32,000 nt of DNA. Source: an uncultured Erysipelotrichaceae bacterium. GTDB lineage: Bacteria; Bacillota_I; Bacilli_A; Erysipelotrichales; Erysipelotrichaceae. Positions 7,868 through 16,636 of this stretch are shown piece by piece; the first letter of the stretch is position 1, and every line of letters starts with the position of its first letter. The stretch spans positions 1,140,001 to 1,172,000 of the forward strand of contig OW818668.1 of NCBI GenBank assembly GCA_942493105.1, in the 5' to 3' direction. A model generated the notes under the pieces. It was given only the letters and a program-made list of their open reading frames with translations, made no database searches and was not told where the DNA came from. Position numbers and translations under genes: made by a program.

Positions 7868-8008
7868 TATGCAAATTGAAAATTCCACACCAGAACGAAC
7901 ATTCATCTTAATGGACATTTGTCTTGAAAAGATCGATAATTTAAATATAAATACCTATGAGCACAATTAACTCAATGAGGTAGATTTTCTTGAAAGGAAA
8001 GCATTGAA

Positions 8009-8602
8009 ATGACGAATCATCGTATGAATCCTAAGGTCAGTGCGTTTATGAATCAAGCCACTAAATGGCAAGCTGAATTTAAAAAGTTAAGAGAAATCTT
8101 ACTTGAAAGTCAGCTTACAGAAGAACTGAAATGGGGCCAACCTTGTTATACTTTAGATGGATCAAACATAGTCTTGATGCATGGATTTAAAGATTATTGT
8201 GCCTTGTTATTTATGAAAGGTGCTTTACTTAAAGATCCCAAGAGTATCCTTATTCAACAAACCCTCAATGTTCAAGCAGCTCGTCAGATTAGATTTAAAA
8301 ATCTTTCTGATATTGAAGTGCTCGAAACTGATATTAAAGACACTGTCAATGAAGCGATTGATGTTGAAAAGTCTGGTTTAGAAGTATCCTTTAAAAAGCA
8401 TACAGAGTTTGCTATTCCAGATGAACTTCAACAGAAATTCTATTCAAATCCGGATTTAAAGGCAGCTTTTGAAGCGTTGACACCAGGAAGACAAAGAGCT
8501 TATTTACTTTACTTTGCTCAACCTAAACACGCTAAAACAAGAGAAGATAGAATTGAGAAACAGTTTCAACGGATTTTAGATGGAAAAGGACTCAATGATT
8601 AG
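8009..8602 (+). CDS. YdeI/OmpD-associated (DUF1801 + OmdA-like) family protein
   Basis: 197 aa. The N-terminal part has KWGQPCYTLDGSNIVLMHGFKDYCALLF (DUF1801-like). The C-terminus has FEALTPGRQRAYLLYFAQPKHAKTREDRIEK (YdeI/OmdA-like). Confidence 0.6.
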   Translation: MTNHRMNPKVSAFMNQATKWQAEFKKLREILLESQLTEELKWGQPCYTLDGSNIVLMHGFKDYCALLFMKGALLKDPKSILIQQTLNVQAARQIRFKNLSDIEVLETDIKDTVNEAIDVEKSGLEVSFKKHTEFAIPDELQQKFYSNPDLKAAFEALTPGRQRAYLLYFAQPKHAKTREDRIEKQFQRILDGKGLND

Positions 8603-8628
8603 CGAAGTAAATTACTTAATAACCCATT

Positions 8629-8658
8629 AAAAAGTTCTCATCAATAGAGAACTTTTTT
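8629..8658 (+). terminator. rho-independent terminator
   Basis: AAAAAGTTCTC-atcaata-GAGAACTTTTTT. Confidence 0.75.
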
Positions 8659-8727
8659 GTGAGTTCATCATCAATTAACCCAGTTGATGAGTGCTATAAT
8701 TTAATCAAATAGAAAGCGAGAAATAAA

Positions 8728-9513
8728 ATGAAATTATTGGTTCAATCTGATGATTATGGGTTTACAAAAGGTATAACAGATGGTCATATTGATGCGTTTA
8801 AGCATGGGTTTATCACCTGTACCGGTTTGTTTACAAATGTGCCTTCTTGCGAATATGCCGTTGAACGTATCAAAGATTTTCCTAATATTTGCTTAGGCAT
8901 CGATATCAACGTGGTTTCAGGAAGACCTGTCGCTGATCCAAAATTACTTCCAAATTTGGTTAATCCAGAAACAGGTGAATTTATTCGTTCTACTGAAAAA
9001 TACAAAGACCCAAATTTTAAGATCATAGATTTATGGCCATATGAGGAAGTATTGATTGAAGCTGTTGCCCAAATTGAAAAATTCATCGCCTTAACAGGTA
9101 AGAAACCAGAGTATGTTCATGGACACTCCATCTCAAGAGTAAGCCCAAATTTTGTTAATGCTGTTCGGGATGCTGGTTTGAAGTTTGGCATCCTATATTC
9201 AGCTGATATGAGAAGTAAGGTAGGCATGATTGCGATGCCTGGTGTCAATTTGAAACCATTTGGAATAAAAGAACAAATGGAAGCTGATCCTGAAGCTTTT
9301 GCCTTATCTCAATTACCAAACTTCTTAGATAAAGAATGGGTATCATTGGGTGGCCATTGTGGTTATGTCGATGACGAAATCATGAAGTATTCAACCTATT
9401 CGATCATTCGTGCTAAAGATCATGCCATGTATACGTCTAAGAAGATTCAACAATGGTTTAAAGATAATCATGTTGAGCTCATTTCTTATCGCGATATCAA
9501 AAAACTGGGTTAA
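8728..9513 (+). CDS. chbG: ChbG/YdjC family carbohydrate deacetylase
   Basis: 261 aa. The N-terminus MKLLVQSDDYGFTKGITDGHIDAFKHGFITCTGLFTNVP fits the YdjC family (metal-binding Asp-Asp plus downstream His residues). Confidence 0.7.
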   Translation: MKLLVQSDDYGFTKGITDGHIDAFKHGFITCTGLFTNVPSCEYAVERIKDFPNICLGIDINVVSGRPVADPKLLPNLVNPETGEFIRSTEKYKDPNFKIIDLWPYEEVLIEAVAQIEKFIALTGKKPEYVHGHSISRVSPNFVNAVRDAGLKFGILYSADMRSKVGMIAMPGVNLKPFGIKEQMEADPEAFALSQLPNFLDKEWVSLGGHCGYVDDEIMKYSTYSIIRAKDHAMYTSKKIQQWFKDNHVELISYRDIKKLG

Positions 9514-9578
9514 TTCAACAACCGTTCTGAATAATATGTTGGATCATTTTCTTATTTCTTATTAAAATATTAAACCTT

Positions 9579-9608
9579 AAACTCATCATTTTGATGAGTT
9601 TATTTTTT
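9579..9608 (+). terminator. rho-independent terminator
   Basis: AAACTCATCA-ttt-TGATGAGTTT followed by ATTTTTT. Confidence 0.75.
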
Positions 9609-9794
9609 ATCCACAGAATCATGATGGGAAACATATTCTATAATTAGTCATAATGATTTCGCAAAATATATCGCTTGATGTATAATTAAAAATATATAGT
9701 TTTAACCTATGGATTCTGTTTTAAGAACCAAGTATCATGAATAAAGCTTAGACGTTAGTATCGCAATTCCTATTATAATTTTATAAGGGGGTCT

Positions 9795-11423
9795 ATGAGA
9801 ACTTCGGATTATGATGTCATTGTCGTAGGGGCTGGGATTGCAGGGTTGACGGCTTCTGCCTACTTAAGTAAAGAAAGACACCGTGTGCTGTTGATTGAAA
9901 AAGAACCAGAATGCGGAGGTCTTTTAGGTGCCTTTAAACTTGATGGTCATACCTTAGATAAGGGTGCTCGAGGAATCATCGATTCTGGGATCGTGTTTTC
10001 TATGATGAAGCAATTAGGAGTAGATATAGAATTTCTTCCAAATCCGATTAAGATGTCTGTAGGATCAAAATCAATCCTTTTAAAAGATGAATCTAGTATT
10101 GATGAATACGGAGCCTTATTAAAAGAATATTATCCTAGTGAAAAGCAGGATATTGATGAAATTTTAGTGGATGTTAAGAGAGTCATGAAATACATGGATG
10201 TTTTGTATGGAATAGACAATCCACTATTTATGTCTAAACCTTATGATATGAAATATTTGGGTAAGGTATTACTGCCATGGATGGGTAAGTTTATCATCAA
10301 TATGAATAAAGCCATGAAGATGTTTGAACCTGTGAATGATTATTTAAATAGGAAAACAAAAAATAAAGCATTGATTCATATTATAGCTCAACATTTCTTT
10401 ACCGATACCCCGACTTTCTTTGCCTTGTCTTATTTTACCCTTTACTTGCAATATCATTATCCCAAGGGATCGACTCAGGTCATTGTAGACAAACTGAGTG
10501 AACTGATCAAAAAACAAGATTGTACCATTCTCAATAATGCTCAAGTGATGTCCATTGATTCAGATAAAAAAGAAATTGTGACCCAAGATGGCCAGGTTTT
10601 TACTTATCAGCAATTGATTTGGACAGCGGATACCAATGCTTTCTATAAAGTGCTTCAAACTGAATCCATTCAAAGTTTGCCTGTTAAACAAAAAGTTATT
10701 GAAAATACGGCCAAATTTAAAACATTTAAAGGGGCAGATTCAATCTTGACTCTGGTTATTTTAGTGAATCAACCGATAGAAACTTATAAAGACATCAGTG
10801 GTCCACACTGTTTTTACACCAAGAAACTGGAAGGGTTATCCAAGATATCATTATCTGAAATTCAGGATGAAAACAAGGCGTTCATTACCGATAAAAAGGC
10901 CTTATTTGATTGGCTTAAAAAATACATTGAGTATAATACTTTTGAAATATCAATTCCTGCTTTACGTGATGCCTCCTTATCCCCAAAAGGCGAAACTGGA
11001 CTCATTGTATCAACTTTGTTTGATTATGATTTAACCAAACTTATTGCCGATCTAGGTTACTATGAAGAATTCAAACAGTTTGTAACTGAAGCAATTATTG
11101 ACTTCTTTAATGATGAATATTGGCCAAATTTCAGAAACACAATCAAGAAAACGCAGGTTGCGACACCACTCACGATTCAATCCAGAACCTTCAGTACAGA
11201 TGGGTCTGTTACTGGTTGGTCATTTGGAAATCACCCATTCCCGGTTGAGTATAAATTCCTTAAAGTCAATAAATCTGTATTGACCCCAATCCCATCAATC
11301 AAACAAGCTGGTCAATGGACATTTAATCCAGCAGGGGTTCCTGTAGCCATCCTAACAGGGAAATTAGCATCAGATGTCGTGGATAAAGAGCTAAAGAAAA
11401 TCAAGAAAAGGCAAGGAAAATAG
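9795..11423 (+). CDS. NAD(P)/FAD-dependent oxidoreductase of the CrtI / phytoene-desaturase-like superfamily
   Basis: 542 aa with SD AAGGGGG. The N-terminal dinucleotide fold is DVIVVGAGIAGLTASAYLSKERHRVLLIEKEPECGGL. The C-terminal block GQWTFNPAGVPVAILTGKLAS is typical of CrtI/RetSat-like flavoproteins. Confidence 0.75.
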   Translation: MRTSDYDVIVVGAGIAGLTASAYLSKERHRVLLIEKEPECGGLLGAFKLDGHTLDKGARGIIDSGIVFSMMKQLGVDIEFLPNPIKMSVGSKSILLKDESSIDEYGALLKEYYPSEKQDIDEILVDVKRVMKYMDVLYGIDNPLFMSKPYDMKYLGKVLLPWMGKFIINMNKAMKMFEPVNDYLNRKTKNKALIHIIAQHFFTDTPTFFALSYFTLYLQYHYPKGSTQVIVDKLSELIKKQDCTILNNAQVMSIDSDKKEIVTQDGQVFTYQQLIWTADTNAFYKVLQTESIQSLPVKQKVIENTAKFKTFKGADSILTLVILVNQPIETYKDISGPHCFYTKKLEGLSKISLSEIQDENKAFITDKKALFDWLKKYIEYNTFEISIPALRDASLSPKGETGLIVSTLFDYDLTKLIADLGYYEEFKQFVTEAIIDFFNDEYWPNFRNTIKKTQVATPLTIQSRTFSTDGSVTGWSFGNHPFPVEYKFLKVNKSVLTPIPSIKQAGQWTFNPAGVPVAILTGKLASDVVDKELKKIKKRQGK

Positions 11424-11425
11424 TT

Positions 11426-11947
11426 ATGAATGATCACGATGAAAGCATCGCACTAGAATCTGAATTGTCGATCCAGCGTGATCAACAAAATGAAGCGGTC
11501 ACACCTCCTGTTTTAGAAGAACTGACCACAACTTCTGTTCAAAATTTATGGTCTAAAACATACAATACACAAGGAAAACCGGATTGGTCGCATATTTTTC
11601 CGTATTATCATCCCAACATTATCTTTCAGGATTCCATTCAAAGAATAGAAGGTATCGATCAATTTGTTGAAATGTGCAATCGTTTAACCAAACGTTGTGA
11701 ATCTTTACATATGGATCTTTCCAACATCGTAAAACAAGGGCATGTGATCAGTATGGAATGGGTCATGACGATGTCGTTTAAGAAATCTCCAACAACACCG
11801 CTTTATGGCTGTACCAGATTGACTTTAGGTGAGGATGGCCGGATCATTGAACAAAGAGATTATTATGATCTGTGGGGCGATATCTTTAATAATATTCCTT
11901 ACTTTAAGAAGTCATATCGCAAATTCTTATCGAAGTATTTTGGTTAA
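11426..11947 (+). CDS. NTF2/SnoaL-like fold protein
   Basis: 173 aa, starting 2 nt after the upstream stop. The core is YHPNIIFQDSIQRIEGIDQFVEMCNRL ... TRLTLGEDGRIIEQRDYYDLWGDIF, which fits SnoaL-like domains. An acidic extension of about 40 aa sits at the N-terminus. Confidence 0.65.
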   Translation: MNDHDESIALESELSIQRDQQNEAVTPPVLEELTTTSVQNLWSKTYNTQGKPDWSHIFPYYHPNIIFQDSIQRIEGIDQFVEMCNRLTKRCESLHMDLSNIVKQGHVISMEWVMTMSFKKSPTTPLYGCTRLTLGEDGRIIEQRDYYDLWGDIFNNIPYFKKSYRKFLSKYFG

Positions 11948-11956
11948 GGGGACCTT

Positions 11957-12868
11957 ATGAAACTTCCAGATGAATTGATGTTTCTGCAAAATAAAAATGC
12001 TCAACAAAAAGAAACACAGGCTTTGATGAAAGGTAAAGTATGTGTCATCACAGGGGCAACATCGGGTGTAGGACTTGAAGCTGCCAAAGCATTGGCACAA
12101 GGTCAGGCAACACTGATCATTGTGGCTCGTAATGCTTATCGAGCTTATGAAGTACAGAAAGAACTAATCGATGCGTATCAGGTTTCGGTGGAAGTGGTCA
12201 TCGCAGATTTTAGTAATCTTGAGGATGTCCGTAAAGCAGCTCTTCAGATCATTTCACTAACCTCACATATCGATGTGTTGATCAATTGTGCAGGTCTACA
12301 TTCAACCAAGGCAACCTATACCAGTGAAGGTCATGAGACTGTTTTTTGCGTCAATCACTTGGCTTCTTTTTTATTGACAGAACTTTTACTTCCAACCCTT
12401 AAGAAAAGTGCTCCTTCGCGTATCCTACAAATCAATTCAGAAGGACATCGTTTTAATGGCTTAGATATTCATGATCTTGATTGGAAGAAACGTCATTATA
12501 CGGGATTAAGAGGCTATGGTGCTTCAAAAACTGCACAGTTGATGTGTGTATGGGAACTCCATGATCAGCTGACTCAAACAGGTGTAACGATCAATGCGAT
12601 GCATCCTGGGGATGTTAAAACAAACATAGGAAGCAATAATGGTTGGCTTTATCGTTTATTCTCAAAAATCATGATCAAACCGATGTTAAGAGATCCAATC
12701 ATCTCAGGTAAAGCCATTTATTATTTGGTAGCAGAGCCTGCTTTACAAGATATCAGCGGTAAGTTTTATCATTTGACCCTAGAAGAGATCCCTGCCAAAC
12801 ATGCCCTTGATCGTAAACTTGGAAAAGAAGTATATGAGATCAGTATGAAATTGACAGGACTTAAATAG
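11957..12868 (+). CDS. short-chain dehydrogenase/reductase (classical SDR, retinol-dehydrogenase-like subgroup)
   Basis: The cofactor motif is TGATSGVGLEAAKAL (TGxxxGxG), the catalytic motif is YGASKTAQ (YxxxK), and NCAG is present. SD AAGGGGA lies upstream. Confidence 0.85.
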   Translation: MKLPDELMFLQNKNAQQKETQALMKGKVCVITGATSGVGLEAAKALAQGQATLIIVARNAYRAYEVQKELIDAYQVSVEVVIADFSNLEDVRKAALQIISLTSHIDVLINCAGLHSTKATYTSEGHETVFCVNHLASFLLTELLLPTLKKSAPSRILQINSEGHRFNGLDIHDLDWKKRHYTGLRGYGASKTAQLMCVWELHDQLTQTGVTINAMHPGDVKTNIGSNNGWLYRLFSKIMIKPMLRDPIISGKAIYYLVAEPALQDISGKFYHLTLEEIPAKHALDRKLGKEVYEISMKLTGLK

Positions 12869-12912
12869 TTCACTTAAGATTAACTTAACTTTGAGTTTGT
12901 TAAGATGATGGT

Positions 12913-13599
12913 ATGAAAAAAATAGGTACATTATTAATACTTGCACTCATATTAGCTGGATGTGCAAGCCCCAAAGACAAGAAAGAATGGACTTTTAATT
13001 TTAATAACGACCAAGAAGGTTTTGAGGTCATCTTTGCGGATTATCATGATGATGGTAATGATCTACAAACTTATGAGATGACTCATGGACATGCACTCAT
13101 TCCTGTTGGAACTTCAACTTCTCAAGGTCTTTTTATCAGCGCTCAAAATAGAAGCGATGATTTATTTGTGGGCTATTTTAAAAAGTTAAGCGGACTAAAA
13201 AGTTCATTGACCTATAAAGTAAAAATCTCATTTAAATTGGCAACCCAAGAGGATTCGGGATCGATTGGGGTGGGTGGATCTCCAGCAGAAAGTGTTTACG
13301 TTAAGGCTGGTGCAGTCAATCAAAAACCAGAAATCAAACTTGATGATCAGCAAGTCTTCCGTCTCAACATCGATAAAGGCAATCAGTCAGAAGGATCACT
13401 CACTGTTCCTGTAGTAACCAATATGGCAAAACCTGAAGGAAGTGCATCAGGCTTTGTCTTTAAAGAACTCAGCGTTGAAGTTGAAATAAGCACCTCGTCC
13501 GATGGCTCACTTTACATACTTATCGGAACAGATTCGGCCTTTGAAGGTTTAACTCGTTATTATCTGGATGACATCAAAGTCGTCGCAACTCAAAAATAA
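12913..13599 (+). CDS. lipoprotein of unknown function
   Basis: The signal peptide carries the lipobox LILAGC|ASPKD. The mature part looks beta-rich. I recognise no family. Confidence 0.75.
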   Translation: MKKIGTLLILALILAGCASPKDKKEWTFNFNNDQEGFEVIFADYHDDGNDLQTYEMTHGHALIPVGTSTSQGLFISAQNRSDDLFVGYFKKLSGLKSSLTYKVKISFKLATQEDSGSIGVGGSPAESVYVKAGAVNQKPEIKLDDQQVFRLNIDKGNQSEGSLTVPVVTNMAKPEGSASGFVFKELSVEVEISTSSDGSLYILIGTDSAFEGLTRYYLDDIKVVATQK

Positions 13600-13637
13600 G
13601 AGGACGTAAAATTTGAGTATTATTTGGATATTGGAAT

Positions 13638-13674
13638 AAAAAACCTTTCGTACAGAATTAGCGAAAGGTTTTTT
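13638..13674. terminator. bidirectional rho-independent terminator between convergent genes
   Basis: AAAAAACCTTTCG-11 nt-CGAAAGGTTTTTT. Confidence 0.8.
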
Positions 13675-13690
13675 ATATATCAATTAGGTT

Positions 13691-14767
13691 CTAAAAGGTC
13701 CTGCTTTTTAATTTTGCGATATAATTTTCATTCTTTTCAACATTAGGATCATGTTTCAACAGTTCAGGTAAGAATACAGCCAACACTTGAAACACAACGA
13801 CAGTCGTTAGACATGAATTGGTCAAACGCTTTGGTTTAAGTGTGATTTCATCTTTACTCTTATCACGAGCTTCAGTAGAGCGGATCACCAAACGATTGGG
13901 TGTCTTTAAGCGCATGTACTCTACCGTTTTTCTCATCTTTTCAGAAGCTTCACCTTGACTATGAATCAAGATCATATAACTTTTATCAGTAAGTAAGCGA
14001 TGATTCCCATGGGCATATTCATCGATATCAGAAGCTATGGCTGGCACTAAACAGGTTTCTAAAAGTTTCAATGCACCTTCTATGGCAGTACCTGTATTGT
14101 CGTCATGACCTAAAACCATAAAGTAAGGTGCTTTAGCCCATTTGCGATGTTTCTTGGCCCAAGCGAGTGTTTTATCGATGACAGAAGGGATCTCATCGAT
14201 GCTTTCTTGTAATTCTTTATGTAAAGCCATAGCCGTATCAAAATCGATGATGCCTTTTCTTTTGCCCAGTTCAATTGCAATCAAATGAAGCAGCAACAAG
14301 GAAGCACTATAACCTTTTGTCTTTGCGTTACAGGCTTCTTCACCGCATTCAAAGTTCAATGTCCAATCTCCAATATTAGCGATGGGGGTTTTAGGACGTT
14401 CCGTTAAAGTTAAAATTTGATATCCTAAGTCTTTGGCCTTGTTTAAACATTCGTAAGGACCAGCACTGGTTCCTGTCTGCGAAATGCCGATCACAAGTGT
14501 ATCTTCAAGTGGATATTTAAAAATCATCCGTTCTTCTTTCATGAATTCAAAAGGATAAAGATGAGCTACATTTGTAGCTCCATATCGCTCAATGAAATTT
14601 TTTGCACATCGTACGATATTGTTTGAACTGCCTGATGAGACAAAGAGTAAATTCTTCGTGATGGCTAAAGGAATCAAAGATATGGTTTCGGCTACCTTTT
14701 CAGACTCCATAAGTTGAGTTAAAACAGATTTTTCTTCATTGATGTATGTCCACATGATGCTTTTCAT
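13691..14767 (-). CDS. double SIS-domain sugar-phosphate isomerase/deglycase (GlmS C-terminal / AgaS / FrlB-like)
   Basis: 358 aa with SD GGAGGA. The SIS phosphosugar-binding block is VIGISQTGTSAGPYECLNKAKDLGYQILTLT, and a second SIS-like half follows (MVLGHDDNTGTAIEGALKLLE). There is no glutaminase domain. Confidence 0.75.
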   Translation of the reverse strand: MKSIMWTYINEEKSVLTQLMESEKVAETISLIPLAITKNLLFVSSGSSNNIVRCAKNFIERYGATNVAHLYPFEFMKEERMIFKYPLEDTLVIGISQTGTSAGPYECLNKAKDLGYQILTLTERPKTPIANIGDWTLNFECGEEACNAKTKGYSASLLLLHLIAIELGKRKGIIDFDTAMALHKELQESIDEIPSVIDKTLAWAKKHRKWAKAPYFMVLGHDDNTGTAIEGALKLLETCLVPAIASDIDEYAHGNHRLLTDKSYMILIHSQGEASEKMRKTVEYMRLKTPNRLVIRSTEARDKSKDEITLKPKRLTNSCLTTVVVFQVLAVFLPELLKHDPNVEKNENYIAKLKSRTF

Positions 14768-14810
14768 AGTTCATCCTCCATCCCCTATTTTACTTCATTA
14801 AGCATACACA

Positions 14811-14912
14811 TGTATAGTCAAGTTGTAAGTATTTTAAAGTTTCAAAAAGAAAACCATAATATTCCACATTTTGACTTGAAGGACCTTCTCTCATGTTGTA
14901 TAGTCAAGTTGT
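14811..14912. repeat. two identical 16-bp direct repeats TGTATAGTCAAGTTGT in the divergent SIS/PTS intergenic region
   Basis: Copy 1 is at 14811-14826 and copy 2 at 14897-14912. They are 16/16 identical, with 86 bp start to start. Confidence 0.9.
14876..14904 (+). promoter_or_regulatory. candidate sigmaA promoter of the PTS IIC-IID gene
   Basis: -35 TTGAAG (14876-14881), a 17-nt spacer, then -10 TATAGT (14899-14904). The -10 lies inside repeat copy 2. Confidence 0.45.
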
Positions 14913-14953
14913 GATGTGTCTGATTATCATAAAATTACACAAGGGGAGATCTT

Positions 14954-16531
14954 ATGTTCACAACGTTTCAAATCATTGCCTTAACGGTTTTGACAGGGGT
15001 TATCATCTATGATAACAGTCATACCCAAATCACCAATTATGGTCGTTTGGTGTTCATTGGATTGGTTGCGGGAGCCATCATGGGGAATATCCCAGAAGGT
15101 CTATTGATTGGGGGAACACTTGAACTCATGTCTTTGGGCGTTGCGGCTTTTGGAGGCGCAGCTATTCCTAATTATATGTTGGGTTCGATCATTGGGATTG
15201 CTTTTGCGATCAGTACCGGTGGTGGCATCGAAGCTGGTTTGGCTGTTGGGATCCCTGTTGCCGCATTAGGCGTCCAATTACAGTTGGTATCCAATATGAT
15301 CAATTTGTATTTCTTACATAAAGCACAAGACAATGCAAAACGTCGTAACTATAAAGGGATGTATCGTTGGATCTTGGTGGGATTATATCAACGTGTTGCG
15401 TTGATGATGGCTGTTGTTTTATTGACCTTGACGATTGGAGCTGGAGCCATCACTCAAATATTGGCTTTGATGCCAAAGTGGTTGGCCTTAGGTTTATCGG
15501 TTGCAGGAGGATTGTTGCCTGCAGTTGGATTCTCAGTCTTACTTAAGTATTTGCCATTAAAACGTTACTTTGTATATGCCATTCTTGGCTTCTTGCTTTC
15601 CTCTTACTTTAACTTACCGATCATTGGTGTGGCTGGCTTTGGCTTTATCGTTGCCTATCTCATTTATGTTAAAAATGAAAAAGAACATAAAGATGAATTC
15701 CCCAATGAAATCATATCGACACCTGATGTTCAGGCTTTCAGTATTTTGACTAAGAAAGATGTTAATCGCTCGCGTAATCGTTGGTTGTTTACGCAACAAA
15801 TGTGTTTCAATTATGAATCCATGCAGGCTGCCAGTGTTGTTTATGCGGTTGGACCTAGTTTACAGAAGATCCATGCCGATGATCCTGAAGCTTTGGATCA
15901 ATCCATCACCACTCATTTCCGTTTCTTTAATACCCATCCTTGGATGGCTAATATCGTATTGAGTGCTGCTTTGGCTGTTGAAGAAAATGGTAAAGCTGAA
16001 GGCATTGAAGCTGCGTCATCGATTCGTACTTCTTTGATGGGACCTTTCGCGGGTCTTGGGGATTCTATTTTAATGGTTTTGCCTAAGACGATTTTTGGGG
16101 CCATTGCAGCGTATATGGCCATTGAAGGTAACTTTGCAGGAGTTCTCATTTGTATTGCTTTAGGTTTAGTTATGTGGGTATTACGCTTAAAATTCTGGTC
16201 GATCGGTTATCAACAAGGGGTACGTTTTGTAACCTCAAGTCAAAGTAAACTCAACAGTGTTACCGATGCTGCCGCGGCCTTAGGTTTAGTCGTCGTTGGT
16301 GCTTTGATAGCTTCCAATGTCAAAGTCATGGTTCCAGTCACCTTTACGATTGGAGAGTCGGTCACAAAACTTCAAGACATCTTCAATAAGATCTTGCCTA
16401 ATCTATTGCCTTTATTATTGGTCATTGTTACTTTCTGGGCTTTGGGATTAAAGAAAATGAATTCGACTAAAATGGTTTGGATCTTGATTGGCTTTTCGAT
16501 CTTGGGAGCTTTCTTAGGCATCCTGGGTTAA
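14954..16531 (+). CDS. PTS mannose/fructose/sorbose-family permease, fused IIC-IID polypeptide
   Basis: 525 aa with SD AAGGGGAG. Residues 1 to about 240 are IIC-like (Gly-rich TM helices). A hydrophilic linker KNEKEHKDEFPNE follows. The rest is IID-like (RSRNRWLFTQQMCFNYESMQAASVVYAVGPSLQKIH, FRFFNTHPWMANIVLSAALAVEE). Confidence 0.85.
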   Translation: MFTTFQIIALTVLTGVIIYDNSHTQITNYGRLVFIGLVAGAIMGNIPEGLLIGGTLELMSLGVAAFGGAAIPNYMLGSIIGIAFAISTGGGIEAGLAVGIPVAALGVQLQLVSNMINLYFLHKAQDNAKRRNYKGMYRWILVGLYQRVALMMAVVLLTLTIGAGAITQILALMPKWLALGLSVAGGLLPAVGFSVLLKYLPLKRYFVYAILGFLLSSYFNLPIIGVAGFGFIVAYLIYVKNEKEHKDEFPNEIISTPDVQAFSILTKKDVNRSRNRWLFTQQMCFNYESMQAASVVYAVGPSLQKIHADDPEALDQSITTHFRFFNTHPWMANIVLSAALAVEENGKAEGIEAASSIRTSLMGPFAGLGDSILMVLPKTIFGAIAAYMAIEGNFAGVLICIALGLVMWVLRLKFWSIGYQQGVRFVTSSQSKLNSVTDAAAALGLVVVGALIASNVKVMVPVTFTIGESVTKLQDIFNKILPNLLPLLLVIVTFWALGLKKMNSTKMVWILIGFSILGAFLGILG

Positions 16532-16550
16532 ACTTAACGATTATTTTAAT

Positions 16551-16581
16551 AAAGCGTCTGATGTATCAGATGCTTTTTTTA
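16551..16581 (+). terminator. rho-independent terminator after the PTS gene
   Basis: AAGCGTCTGA-tgta-TCAGATGCTT followed by TTTTTT, with one G:U pair. Confidence 0.8.
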
Positions 16582-16636
16582 TGATTAAACAGGTGAATCG
16601 TGATGAAAGCACTTTTTATGATAAAATGATTTTGCT

